IMG/VR virus record: IMGVR_UViG_3300045988_145033
Location: 64,001-128,000 of that record
DNA: 64,000 bases
Reading direction: 5' to 3' (one strand)
Source of the DNA: a virus
Under the pieces are notes generated by a model. That model was not told the DNA's origin. It saw only the letters and a list, made by a program, of their open reading frames with translations, and did not search any database. Numbering within the stretch: position 1 is the first letter of the stretch; every line of letters begins with the position of its first letter. This document shows, in pieces, positions 26,853-36,272 of this stretch. The translations under genes were made by a program, and so were the position numbers.

Positions 26853-28502
26853 TTATTTGAACTGGTCTGTAACTCCAAGTAGTTCAAGTGTAGCCTTTCT
26901 AGCTTCTTCCATTTGTTGCTCTAACTTCTTCTTATTTTCTTCAGATATATTAAATTCCCATTCATTCTTAGAACCACCGAATATCTTAGTTAGAAGTCCG
27001 TCTGGGTCTCCCGGTGCCGCATCTTGAATATTATCATAAGCGTCTTCGGGATTTGGTGATATTCTAAAATAGTTCTCAGTAAACTTAAAGAATTTAAGTT
27101 GTCTTTCGTTTGAGTTATTTTCCCCTTCAGATGCGTTATCTCTGTCTTTATCAAGAAGCATATGAAGTATAGGAATACCATTATAATATCCTCTAAATTG
27201 TATTATAAGAGTTTCTACGTGGAACTTAATTCCAAATCCACCAGCAACATGAGCCGCTGTTAGTTGTCCACCCATAAGTGGACTTGGATATCTTTTAGTA
27301 GCTATAGCTTCTCTTGCAACTCTTTCTCCGTCTCTGTTGAATTGTCCTGCTGTTATAATAGGGACATTAAGTCTTTGAGCGGCTAGTTTCAAAGCTTCAA
27401 ACTTTCTAACTAAAAGTGGTTTATTTCTATCTTCCATTTCATCTTTACTATATGGTGGGTCTTTTATAAGGTCAGCATAGTCTACTACTATTGCAACTAT
27501 TCTTTGTCCACCATTTCTATAATCTGCAACTAAATCGTCTAAATCTTCAGCTCCAAATTTATATCTTGAATATTGCTTAACTATTATACCCATTTCTTTA
27601 TCATCTTTAGGAGCAAGACGAGCAACTGCAAGTTCTCCTATTTCTTCATTAGACCTACCGTCAAGTGTACGAGAAAACATCTTCTCAGCTGATGACCAGT
27701 CCATGAATCTTTTAAATACTTGTAATACATCGTTTTCAAATGTTATATGTAAAACTGTATTTTCAAGTCCGGGTATATTATCAGCATTAGGATTAAACTT
27801 AGATATACCCATAGTTACATTTTCTAAAAATCCAGATTTGAATCCACCTGATAAAGCTATAGTACAATATAGCTTTTGTGGTTTAAATTTACCTATGAAT
27901 TTATCGAGTTCTGGTATACCCATAGATAGTGCATTCTTTTCTTCATAACGAAGTTTATGTATTATAGTTTCCATACCTTCTATCTTACCACCACGACGAA
28001 ATTGCACAGTAGTTACATCTTCTATAGATTCTGCATTTATCGTATTTCTCGCAAACACTTTCATTCCGCCTAGTAAGTCTTTAAAATTGTCTACCATATT
28101 CGTAACGGAAGAACCTTGAAATTTATATACATTTTCTATTAAGTTTTCAGCATCTGCAATTACCTTAGCATTAAGTGCAGTAAAGTTTACAAGATTTAAG
28201 GACGCTTGTCTATTCTCTTCAGTTAGAGCTTGATATCCAGCATACAAATCATCTGCCATTGCATTATCATAAGCTGATTGATATATCAAAGCTTCTTCAT
28301 CAAATGATACTCCATTTTTTATAAACTCAAGCATCTTCTCCATACAGCTTAGCATATTCTGCTCTCTTACATCTTGTACATTTTTATTCCATATTTCAAC
28401 GCACTCTCTACAATTTTTTATAAATCTAGCATTAGTACGAAAGTACGGTATAGTTGTGGTTATAAGGTTTAGTATAGCATAGTTTATTGGTAATATCCTC
28501 AT
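26853..28502 (-). CDS. DnaB-family replicative helicase (549 aa)
   Basis: The C-terminal RecA-like domain has GIPELDKFIGKFKPQKLYCTIALSGGFKSGF (Walker A-like) and IVAIVVDYADLI (Walker B). The N-terminus has a helical DnaB-like domain. Confidence 0.65.
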   Translation of the reverse strand: MRILPINYAILNLITTTIPYFRTNARFIKNCRECVEIWNKNVQDVREQNMLSCMEKMLEFIKNGVSFDEEALIYQSAYDNAMADDLYAGYQALTEENRQASLNLVNFTALNAKVIADAENLIENVYKFQGSSVTNMVDNFKDLLGGMKVFARNTINAESIEDVTTVQFRRGGKIEGMETIIHKLRYEEKNALSMGIPELDKFIGKFKPQKLYCTIALSGGFKSGFLENVTMGISKFNPNADNIPGLENTVLHITFENDVLQVFKRFMDWSSAEKMFSRTLDGRSNEEIGELAVARLAPKDDKEMGIIVKQYSRYKFGAEDLDDLVADYRNGGQRIVAIVVDYADLIKDPPYSKDEMEDRNKPLLVRKFEALKLAAQRLNVPIITAGQFNRDGERVAREAIATKRYPSPLMGGQLTAAHVAGGFGIKFHVETLIIQFRGYYNGIPILHMLLDKDRDNASEGENNSNERQLKFFKFTENYFRISPNPEDAYDNIQDAAPGDPDGLLTKIFGGSKNEWEFNISEENKKKLEQQMEEARKATLELLGVTDQFK

Positions 28503-28516
28503 ATCGTTTACTCCTT

Positions 28517-29662
28517 TCAGTTATCGCTAATAGTTGGTTTTTCAAATTCAGGAATATCTAGTAGCTCTTTTATCCTCGATATGTCGATATTCACATCATA
28601 TATTTCCTCTATAGTTTTTTGTATCTTGTCAGTTAAAGGTATAGTAGGAGACAGTACATACTCTGCATCTTCTTCTATTGATTTAACTTCTGATACCTTT
28701 ACTTCTCTTTCTATCTTAAATTTAAAAGTTCCTTTATAAGATGACATAATAAGTGATAGATTTTTATACTCCTCATCGGAGTATCTATTAGTATCTACAT
28801 CTATTCTTATTTCATCTTTATCAGTTTTGTCAAGCTTTAAATCATTAAAGAAAGCTTTCATTTTCTTTATTGATTGTCTGCATATCTCAGTACCATCAAT
28901 TATTGTATATCTCCTACATTTCTTATTTTCTATAAATTTACAATCATAAGTTCCATTTTCTAAATCTATTGTAATATCATCAAAACCTTTCTTTACTCCT
29001 GCGTCTGTAAATGATTTAGAAGAATATGAACCTGTATACCAAATATTATCAGCAACTACTATTCTATTATGTATATGACCACACACTGTATATAATCCTG
29101 TAGTTTCTATTATATCTTTATCTTTAAGTATTTGAGCTGACTTGTGAGTTTCAGCTTTATAAGCTTTAGCATAAGGCATAGCAGATTCTATCGAACCGTG
29201 GTATACAGTTACATCAGCCATAGTAGTTAAAGCCTTTTCTTTTAGCTCTTCGTAATCATTTGAGTAATACTCAGGGATGAATCTAAATAAAAGTCCTTCG
29301 TATTCATAGAAAGTTACGTCCTTTATTATAAATAAATTTGTATTATCTTCAAGTGGAGCAAATATATCAAGTTGTGTACTATCGTGAGATTGTGTACCTT
29401 TAACTATGAATATTTTAAAATCGTATATCTTAGCACGATTATAAAGTATCTTTATAAATTCTACTGCTATTTGTATAGCTTTATGGTTAGCCGGATAAAC
29501 TCTATCAAATAAATCTCCAGCTATAGTTAGTATATCTAAATTATCTTTTATTTTATCTATATAATAAATGATATCCATAAGTTCCTCTACATAATCAGTC
29601 GGTTCTTTATAGATTGATATATGAATATCTGAAATATTAATATGTCTTACAAAATGCTTCAT
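28517..29662 (-). CDS. Mre11/SbcD-like calcineurin-fold phosphoesterase nuclease (~381 aa)
   Basis: Metallophosphatase motifs ISDIHI (D-x-H), AGDLFDR (GDxxD), VKGTQSHD and GHIHNR (GHxH). The track ORF starts at GTG (29707); ATG at ~29662 with a GGAGGTG RBS is more likely. Confidence 0.6.
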   Translation of the reverse strand: MKHFVRHINISDIHISIYKEPTDYVEELMDIIYYIDKIKDNLDILTIAGDLFDRVYPANHKAIQIAVEFIKILYNRAKIYDFKIFIVKGTQSHDSTQLDIFAPLEDNTNLFIIKDVTFYEYEGLLFRFIPEYYSNDYEELKEKALTTMADVTVYHGSIESAMPYAKAYKAETHKSAQILKDKDIIETTGLYTVCGHIHNRIVVADNIWYTGSYSSKSFTDAGVKKGFDDITIDLENGTYDCKFIENKKCRRYTIIDGTEICRQSIKKMKAFFNDLKLDKTDKDEIRIDVDTNRYSDEEYKNLSLIMSSYKGTFKFKIEREVKVSEVKSIEEDAEYVLSPTIPLTDKIQKTIEEIYDVNIDISRIKELLDIPEFEKPTISDN

Positions 29663-29689
29663 AAACACCTCCGAAACAGCCTTTTGATT

Positions 29690-29717
29690 AAATTTGGTGC
29701 TACGCACCCAAAATTTT
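29690..29717. promoter_or_regulatory. Long imperfect palindrome AAATTTGGTGC-tac-GCACCCAAAATTT in the divergent promoter region
   Basis: The inverted repeat lies between the nuclease/helicase operon and the plus-strand operon. Its half-site AAATT(T/C)G also appears in the palindrome at ~32952. Confidence 0.35.
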
Positions 29718-29752
29718 GTTAATGAAATTTTGACTAATTAGGAGGTATAAAA

Positions 29753-30700
29753 ATGATAAAAACTAACAAAGCTAAGTTCTCTGATTTATCATCTCTATGG
29801 GTACAAATGGATAAAGTAGATAACTTATCATCAAAAGTTATAGAGCTTATAAGTGGACAAGATGTCAATGCTGAAACAGCTCCTGAATCTTTTCTTCTAT
29901 ATGAAGCGAACTCGAACAAAATGTTCAAAAGAGATATATTTAGACTATTAAATGAAGGTAAAATAAAAATCAAATACAATCCTATGGTTGCTATAGGAAT
30001 GTATCTACCTTACGCTCCTCTAATTGATAAGAATTCAGGTTCTGTACAAGTTATAGTAAATGCTACTTCTTATTGTGTGGAAGAAGATGGTAAATTAAAG
30101 ATTAATATAAATGATTTAATCGGACTTTGTCAAGGAGCTTATGCTGTTTATACATCTCTTATTAACTATACTAAGATATGTACTAATTTTAAGATGAGAT
30201 ATGAACTTATTGAGTTATATTTCAAGATTATGACTATTGCTATATCAGGTTCTCCTATATTTGCAAGCGGAGCTAACTCAAGATATCTTAAATATATCTG
30301 TGCAAGATTTTTGCTAGGACATCACTTTGGACTTGATAAAAATGTGCACGAAAGTGCAATGAACCAAGCGAAGATAGAAATGGATAATGAAAAAGCTTTT
30401 ATAAACCAAATGGTTTTAGAAACTCCAAAAGAAAACTGGCACTCATTTCACGGTATAGTAGAAATACTAAAGGCTAACTTCTTATCTTTAAAAGATAAAG
30501 TATCAGTAGAAAGTATAAGACAAAGAATTGCAATTATACTAGGTTCTCCTAATACATTTGTGATAGATTATGTCCCTTATCTTTGTGCACTATCAGCTGG
30601 ATATTATACTAACTATATCATCTACAGAAGCTCTACTATTAAATCAGAACTTCAGCCTTATTGTATGATGGTAGCAAAAGATGTATTGCAAGCACTTTAA
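29753..30700 (+). CDS. Hypothetical protein (315 aa)
   Basis: ORF with TTAGGAGGTATAAAA RBS. An AACA-GCCTTT-TG motif lies upstream. Confidence 0.7.
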   Translation: MIKTNKAKFSDLSSLWVQMDKVDNLSSKVIELISGQDVNAETAPESFLLYEANSNKMFKRDIFRLLNEGKIKIKYNPMVAIGMYLPYAPLIDKNSGSVQVIVNATSYCVEEDGKLKININDLIGLCQGAYAVYTSLINYTKICTNFKMRYELIELYFKIMTIAISGSPIFASGANSRYLKYICARFLLGHHFGLDKNVHESAMNQAKIEMDNEKAFINQMVLETPKENWHSFHGIVEILKANFLSLKDKVSVESIRQRIAIILGSPNTFVIDYVPYLCALSAGYYTNYIIYRSSTIKSELQPYCMMVAKDVLQAL

Positions 30701-30712
30701 AGGAGGTTTAAT

Positions 30713-32836
30713 ATGAAAGCCTTTATTGATAGCTCAGATGGAAGAAAGACTTCCTTTTTCGAGCATATAACTCCACATATGGCAAGTCTCATAGAAATAG
30801 ACGGAATAGTAGGAGTTCATAAGTTTACTTTAAATAAGCTTACAAATCCTACTATGGAATTTTTAGATACATTAAATTTAGGTAAGGGACACTTTCAAAC
30901 TATGTATGATGTGTACCAGTTTCCCGATTTACAATTCACACCAGACTTTGGTAAGTATCAAATAATGTTTGAAAATACTACTGGATTTAGAGATTATAAA
31001 TCGTACTGTGATTTAAAAGGAGCTAAATACTTCTATGTAGATGAAAGTCTATTCTTTGTAGTACCTAAAGGAGAAATATTTCTAACTTCTGGGGTACTTC
31101 TTATATCTTCAGGTAATGACGTAGTTAGATTTACAACTACAAAAGAAACTGACAGTATTCATCTGTATTCTAATCTGTATCTTAATACAGCTCTCAAAAA
31201 TATAGAAGTATTTTCAGATAAAAAACCCATAGACCAGTATGAGATATGTCACGGTGTATTTGAAGATGATGAAGCTAAGTTTAAAAACGGTATAGCAAGA
31301 GGAGTAGTTATAAAAGCTCCTACAAATGGAATATTATCATCTATAGGAATTATAGTATACGAGAAAGCTGGAGTTACAGGATTTGAGTTTAGAGAGATTA
31401 ACTATGCTTCTTGGAATCAAAAGATAGCAGTTCTTAATCTAAATCATTTAGAAGATGAAATAGGAGCAGGTACTACTATAACTAAGCTATTTATACTATA
31501 TGATATAAATACAGCAGAGAAAACTACAGTAGATAAGTTATTTCCGGGTATAATAGATATAGCTTCTAAAAAACCTGCACTTCATTTTGTAAAAAATGAA
31601 AACGCATCTCTTGTACCTATGATACAAGATGACCCAAGACTATATATGAACTTTGGAGCAGACAGTGAATACTTTTCAAATATTAAATCTATATCTAAAA
31701 GACTAGCACTTGATTTAATATCAGAAGAGTATTCAAAAGTCAGAAATATATTAGAAATACCAAAAGACGAAACTTTAGATACTTGGGTTTTCTACGTTCC
31801 TAATAGATACTCACAAGTAATATCTTTATACGTAAATGGTTTATTCTATCACCACGAGTTTTTAAGAGAAGATAGACTTGGACTTTCTAAGATTACAATA
31901 GAAAAAGAGCACTTAAAAGAATACGGTGAAATAAAGACATTAGAGGCTTGTGTTGAGCCTTTATTTACGAGAAGGTATGATTTAGTTATAGATGATGATA
32001 TACAGTATGGAAAGGCTACAGCACACGCTCAAAGTGATGAGCTTAATTTAATACCTTTATATGATACAGCGGGACTTGATAGTGAGTTTGACTTATTTAT
32101 ATGTGGACACTATGTTAGAAAGGAATTTTATGAATTTGTAAATTATAATAATAATTTATTTATATTCTTAAAGAAAAGATTTCCTAAGAATAACTATGTA
32201 TCTTGTATTGTACATGCTGATGATATATATAATATTAAAAAGGGTACTGTAAGTGATATAGAAGGTAAGGACCATATATCAAGATATAATAAGATTTATT
32301 ACGCTGGTAAACTTATTCCTTATAATCATATACACGACTTCTTAGAAGGTAAGTATTATGATATAGCTCTTGATACACTTCCTGATATAAATGATGCTAA
32401 GATAGAAATACTTGAGTATAAGAATAATAAAATGTATGATTTTATATCAGACGGAAATAGTCAAAACCTTTTAAAAGGATTCCACAAGATATCAGAAGTA
32501 GAAAAGAAAGTTGCAATATTTCCTATGGTCGATATCTATAACTATATAAAAACTCAAGTTTCAAATAACATCATTTTGGCTAATAATTATCCTATTCATA
32601 ACCACGATGATGATATTATAAAAAGGACCAAGTTCGTATACGATTGTATTACTATTGGAAAGAAATTAAGAGGAATTGTCAGCGGGAATGATATAATAGA
32701 CACAGGAGTGAAAGACTATATAACGACCACTTATCAAGATTTGATAAACTCCAATGGGGTACTGGTACTAAGTAATAATGAGACAGTTATTTCACAAGCA
32801 CCTATGCCAGTTATATTTGAAAGGTATGATGATTAG
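30713..32836 (+). CDS. Hypothetical protein (707 aa)
   Basis: ORF with AAAGGAGG RBS, 12 nt after the previous stop. Confidence 0.7.
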   Translation: MKAFIDSSDGRKTSFFEHITPHMASLIEIDGIVGVHKFTLNKLTNPTMEFLDTLNLGKGHFQTMYDVYQFPDLQFTPDFGKYQIMFENTTGFRDYKSYCDLKGAKYFYVDESLFFVVPKGEIFLTSGVLLISSGNDVVRFTTTKETDSIHLYSNLYLNTALKNIEVFSDKKPIDQYEICHGVFEDDEAKFKNGIARGVVIKAPTNGILSSIGIIVYEKAGVTGFEFREINYASWNQKIAVLNLNHLEDEIGAGTTITKLFILYDINTAEKTTVDKLFPGIIDIASKKPALHFVKNENASLVPMIQDDPRLYMNFGADSEYFSNIKSISKRLALDLISEEYSKVRNILEIPKDETLDTWVFYVPNRYSQVISLYVNGLFYHHEFLREDRLGLSKITIEKEHLKEYGEIKTLEACVEPLFTRRYDLVIDDDIQYGKATAHAQSDELNLIPLYDTAGLDSEFDLFICGHYVRKEFYEFVNYNNNLFIFLKKRFPKNNYVSCIVHADDIYNIKKGTVSDIEGKDHISRYNKIYYAGKLIPYNHIHDFLEGKYYDIALDTLPDINDAKIEILEYKNNKMYDFISDGNSQNLLKGFHKISEVEKKVAIFPMVDIYNYIKTQVSNNIILANNYPIHNHDDDIIKRTKFVYDCITIGKKLRGIVSGNDIIDTGVKDYITTTYQDLINSNGVLVLSNNETVISQAPMPVIFERYDD

Positions 32837-32846
32837 CTAATACTAA

Positions 32847-32880
32847 GAAAAGAGGTGAAAACTCTTTCCTTTCTTTATTT
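32847..32880 (+). terminator. Probable terminator GAAAAGAGG-tgaaaa-CTCTTTCC followed by TTTCTTTATTTTTT
   Basis: Imperfect stem plus a T-rich tail immediately after the stop at 32836. Confidence 0.4.
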
Positions 32881-33096
32881 TTTAATCCTGCACAATTAAA
32901 TAGCTTTTGATAAGTACATATACGGTGTATAATGAGAAAGTGTCGTTTGGCAAATTCGGTCGAATTTTAGTAGTATTCTTTATCTGAGTATATTCTAAGA
33001 TATACCTTGAACGGCAGATACAATAAGAATATGAGAAAATTCTTTATGTGGTTTTTAAATTTTATAATACATATTTCTAATATCAATTTCGTTTAT

Positions 33097-33312
33097 AAAC
33101 AAATGAACGATGGCTATTATTAGTATTAGTAAAAATATATTAGGTGTCCTTTTTATTGAAGAGTTGAATTATTAAAAGATGAAACCCCGTTCACCGATTG
33201 AACGGTAACAAATGAATTTTGGGTGTCCCACCTCATTAACGAATAGAAAATTGTGAAATTAACTATTCAGGATAAAGATTTAAAATTATAAGTTTATGAA
33301 TTTTAGGTGTCC
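33097..33312. repeat. Iteron-like direct repeats ATGAATTTT(A/G)GGTGTCC / TTAGGTGTCC at about 80-85 bp spacing, plus the hairpin CCGTTCA-ccgat-TGAACGG
   Basis: TAGGTGTCC at ~33141, TGGGTGTCC at ~33220, TAGGTGTCC at ~33304. ACAAATGAA is repeated at ~33097 and ~33207. The perfect 7-bp hairpin is at ~33187-33205. Confidence 0.5.
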
Positions 33313-33411
33313 TACTGTGTAATTTGTAATTGTAAAAATATAAAATTAGATATTTTCATAATGATAAAAAAGATTACGAGATATCTGGTCATGTAATAAT
33401 ACAAAAGATAT

Positions 33412-33432
33412 ATGCTCCCATTATGGGAGCAT
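33412..33432 (-). terminator. Terminator ATGCTCCCA-tt-ATGGGAGCAT
   Basis: Perfect 9-bp inverted repeat just downstream of the stop of 33438..33710. Confidence 0.6.
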
Positions 33433-33437
33433 ATATT

Positions 33438-33710
33438 TTAATGTATTTCCTCTGCATGTGGTTTGTACTGATTAAGCAGTCTACCGTGTTTTATAAAGGC
33501 GTAAGTTGCGAGTATATTTAGAACTACGATGTTTATGAAAATAAACGACACGAAGTGTAATCCTAAGATATATAACACGCTAAGAACAAAGGCACATCTT
33601 TTAAAAAATACAGAAGCCTTTTCGTTCCACGTCCTTACATAGATATAGAATAATAAAAAAGCTATGGCAAATAATACGACAATATTCAGCAATAATTTTA
33701 AAAGATACAT
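33438..33710 (-). CDS. Small integral membrane protein (90 aa, 2-3 TM helices), holin-like by position after terL
   Basis: Hydrophobic segments LLKLLLNIVVLFAIAFLLFYIYV, VLSVLYILGLHFVSFIFINIVVLNILATYAF. Confidence 0.5.
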   Translation of the reverse strand: MYLLKLLLNIVVLFAIAFLLFYIYVRTWNEKASVFFKRCAFVLSVLYILGLHFVSFIFINIVVLNILATYAFIKHGRLLNQYKPHAEEIH

Positions 33711-33723
33711 TCTAACCTCCTTC

Positions 33724-36270
33724 CTAAAACGGTTTAAGTGATTTTGGTTTTAATCTATTGACACGTCTTCCATTACCGAAGTAACTTCCGTTCACACCCA
33801 TAGTTATCTCCTCATCACCGCTTCCATTTTCCAAAGCATTATATATTTCATGAGCTTTACGCTCGAATTCCACCGCATCGTTTCCTCTCTTGTAAGTATC
33901 ATCTTCAAGAGTTCTAAATCCTAACATTTGTCCATTTTCTAAAGCATTTTGCTTTAGAAACTCTTGATACTTTTGCTCTTCAGTTAAACCAGCATAAGGG
34001 TCAACCTTAATATCAAATACATCTAGTTTATTGTATGATAAACTTTCATCATCCGGTACATTAGGATAATGAAGTCCGAATTTAATATCCATATCTATAT
34101 CTTTATATAGTACATATAAAGCCATAAGATATGCCATTAAAACGTCATCGTGATAACCCGGTAAGTGGTCTACTCTACCAGCTGATGATATAGTAAGTGA
34201 CATAAGCTCACGTGATATATCTTCTGATACGAAGTATGTCTTGTATCTATTAACTCTCATATTTAGAATTTCTCTTGTCATAGTTTCACGAACATCGTGT
34301 GTCATATCAAGTCCATATTTACCTTTAGATATTTTACCGTCATTTGAGTTAATATAGAAAGAACTATCGTCTTTTGCTGTTTGATAATAAATATTATCAA
34401 CTATATCAGAGCAATGTATAAGCTTATCTACAACTCCACGTCCTATACCATTTCTTTCTACTACAAATATACCATTAGGTACATATTGTCTGTAGAATTC
34501 AATTATAGTTTTAGCAAATATCTCAGTATCGTCTTCATTACTTCTAAAGGTAAAAAGTACCTTAGTGGTATCAGGGTCTATACCTACCATAGTAGAATAG
34601 TCGGAGTCTTTAGTTCCCCCACCACCTGCTATATCGACACCTATTACGACTTTCTTAAATCTTGCTAGTTCAAAGCCGTCATAAGTTGTAAATACATGTC
34701 TATTATTTAAGACAATAGTTTTCTTTCTTTGGTTTTTGGTATAAATATCAATAAGCTCCAAAGCTCTTCTTGAGAATGGTGAACGAATAAGAGTTCTTTT
34801 CCATTTAAGCATAACTTCCACATCAAAGACTTCTCTATCAAGTTTTCTTAATCTTTCTATCAACCATTCTTGAGTAAAACCAAGTTCATTATACATAAAT
34901 GAGCAAAATACTATATCTTTCTTACCATTCGCTCTCATATATGTCTTTAGTTCTTCTTTTGATAAATCAAACATTATAAGATTAAATCTTACACAGTTTT
35001 CAAATAAAAGCTTATATAACCATTCTCCTTCCTTAGTTGTAGCATCGGGTGGAGTAGAAGTCATAGTAATATTGTGTGGAGTTCCAACTTTTTCAGCGTT
35101 CGCTGCCGCTTCTTCGTGAGCAGGTTGTGCTGAACCATAAGCAAGATAATTATATTTAGACCAACCAATTTCGTCAAATCCTATTTTAACTAAACTCTTT
35201 CCCCGTCCAGTCTTCATAGCACCTTCTTTAGTTTGTCCTGTAGTTCCAGCGTATATTTTATTATTCCAAAGTTTATGATGAATTTCTATACCTTTTGCAT
35301 AATCATCACAGTCTACTATAGTTATATTACCAGTAGTATCTTCTTTTGCTTTAAATCTATAAAACTTAAGATAAGCTGGTAAGAACTGTAATATATTTAT
35401 AACGTCTTGTAAGTTATCCTTTGCTTTAGGTAAGTTATTTGCAAAAAGTGCCATATTAGCATTACGAGAAGCAAAGTTCCAACACCAACCAACGATAGCA
35501 TTATCAGTTCCTGATTTATACGTTTGTCTTGGTTGTTCAAGATAATACGTAATATCATTCGCTGTTAAATACATTGAAGTAAATGAACCTATATGAAATC
35601 TCATCTTAGTAGGTCCAGCTGGAGTTGATACTCTTGCTACTTCACGACAATAATAGAATATATTAGAACAAGTCTCAAGCTGTATTCTATCCATTTGGTC
35701 TTGTGTTAGATTTTTAGAATGTGGGTCTACACCATCAAGTGATGTATCATTTAAAAGAAGTGGTAACCACCATCTATGTACACCTAAGTTAAATAAAACC
35801 TTAGCAAAGTTAATTGCGTGTGGGTTTGTAGATTGGAATTGAACCTTTGGTATTTTAGGTGGTGGAAACTGTTTCATTAAATCTTCCATCATTCTATCCA
35901 TAGTAGATATATCTTTGGTGTCATTTATAACTCTACCAGTTTCTATGTCTATATTAGGGTCTATCTCTCCTTTTACATCATAGTCAACTTTAGGTATATA
36001 ACCCTCACTAGGTGCGTTAGGGTCATGTACCGTTTCATTAGGATTTATATAGTTAGAATAAATATGATTACCTTCGGAATCTACATCCACATGATTTTCT
36101 GAAACTATAGTTCCAGCAAGTTCTATAGATAATCTGTCAAATCCTATATCTCCTGTCATTTCATTATCTTTTTGAAATTGTCTTATATCACTTTGTACTT
36201 CTTTTTTGAAACTAGAATTTATCTCTTCTTCTTGTAAAAACTTATTAAATTTACTAAAACTATTATCCAC
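33724..36270 (-). CDS. terL: Terminase large subunit (848 aa) with a long N-terminal extension
   Basis: ATPase Walker A-like LEQPRQTYKSGTD and Walker B IGFDEIGW. C-terminal RNaseH-like nuclease with VIGVDIAGGGGTKDSDYS and the PGYHDDVLMAYLMALY (HDD) motif. Confidence 0.8.
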   Translation of the reverse strand: MDNSFSKFNKFLQEEEINSSFKKEVQSDIRQFQKDNEMTGDIGFDRLSIELAGTIVSENHVDVDSEGNHIYSNYINPNETVHDPNAPSEGYIPKVDYDVKGEIDPNIDIETGRVINDTKDISTMDRMMEDLMKQFPPPKIPKVQFQSTNPHAINFAKVLFNLGVHRWWLPLLLNDTSLDGVDPHSKNLTQDQMDRIQLETCSNIFYYCREVARVSTPAGPTKMRFHIGSFTSMYLTANDITYYLEQPRQTYKSGTDNAIVGWCWNFASRNANMALFANNLPKAKDNLQDVINILQFLPAYLKFYRFKAKEDTTGNITIVDCDDYAKGIEIHHKLWNNKIYAGTTGQTKEGAMKTGRGKSLVKIGFDEIGWSKYNYLAYGSAQPAHEEAAANAEKVGTPHNITMTSTPPDATTKEGEWLYKLLFENCVRFNLIMFDLSKEELKTYMRANGKKDIVFCSFMYNELGFTQEWLIERLRKLDREVFDVEVMLKWKRTLIRSPFSRRALELIDIYTKNQRKKTIVLNNRHVFTTYDGFELARFKKVVIGVDIAGGGGTKDSDYSTMVGIDPDTTKVLFTFRSNEDDTEIFAKTIIEFYRQYVPNGIFVVERNGIGRGVVDKLIHCSDIVDNIYYQTAKDDSSFYINSNDGKISKGKYGLDMTHDVRETMTREILNMRVNRYKTYFVSEDISRELMSLTISSAGRVDHLPGYHDDVLMAYLMALYVLYKDIDMDIKFGLHYPNVPDDESLSYNKLDVFDIKVDPYAGLTEEQKYQEFLKQNALENGQMLGFRTLEDDTYKRGNDAVEFERKAHEIYNALENGSGDEEITMGVNGSYFGNGRRVNRLKPKSLKPF

Positions 36271-36272
36271 AA

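Noticed and set aside
6013-29707. Track start coordinates at GTG for the PolB-like and Mre11-like genes (6021, 29707), the extended 17984..20698 N-terminus, and the long 38411..38818 ORF
   Set aside because: In each case a downstream ATG with a canonical AGGAGG-type RBS at 5-9 nt spacing is present. The upstream extension would overlap promoter motifs or the divergent gene. The shorter forms were annotated instead.
32907-32933. Interpreting all promoters as host sigma-A type
   Set aside because: Only this one site has a reasonable TTGATA/TATAAT pair, and even there the spacer is short. Elsewhere the conserved upstream elements are AACA-N6-TA or the TATATATAAT early module, without a -35 at proper spacing. 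A single host-type promoter is reported only as a possibility.
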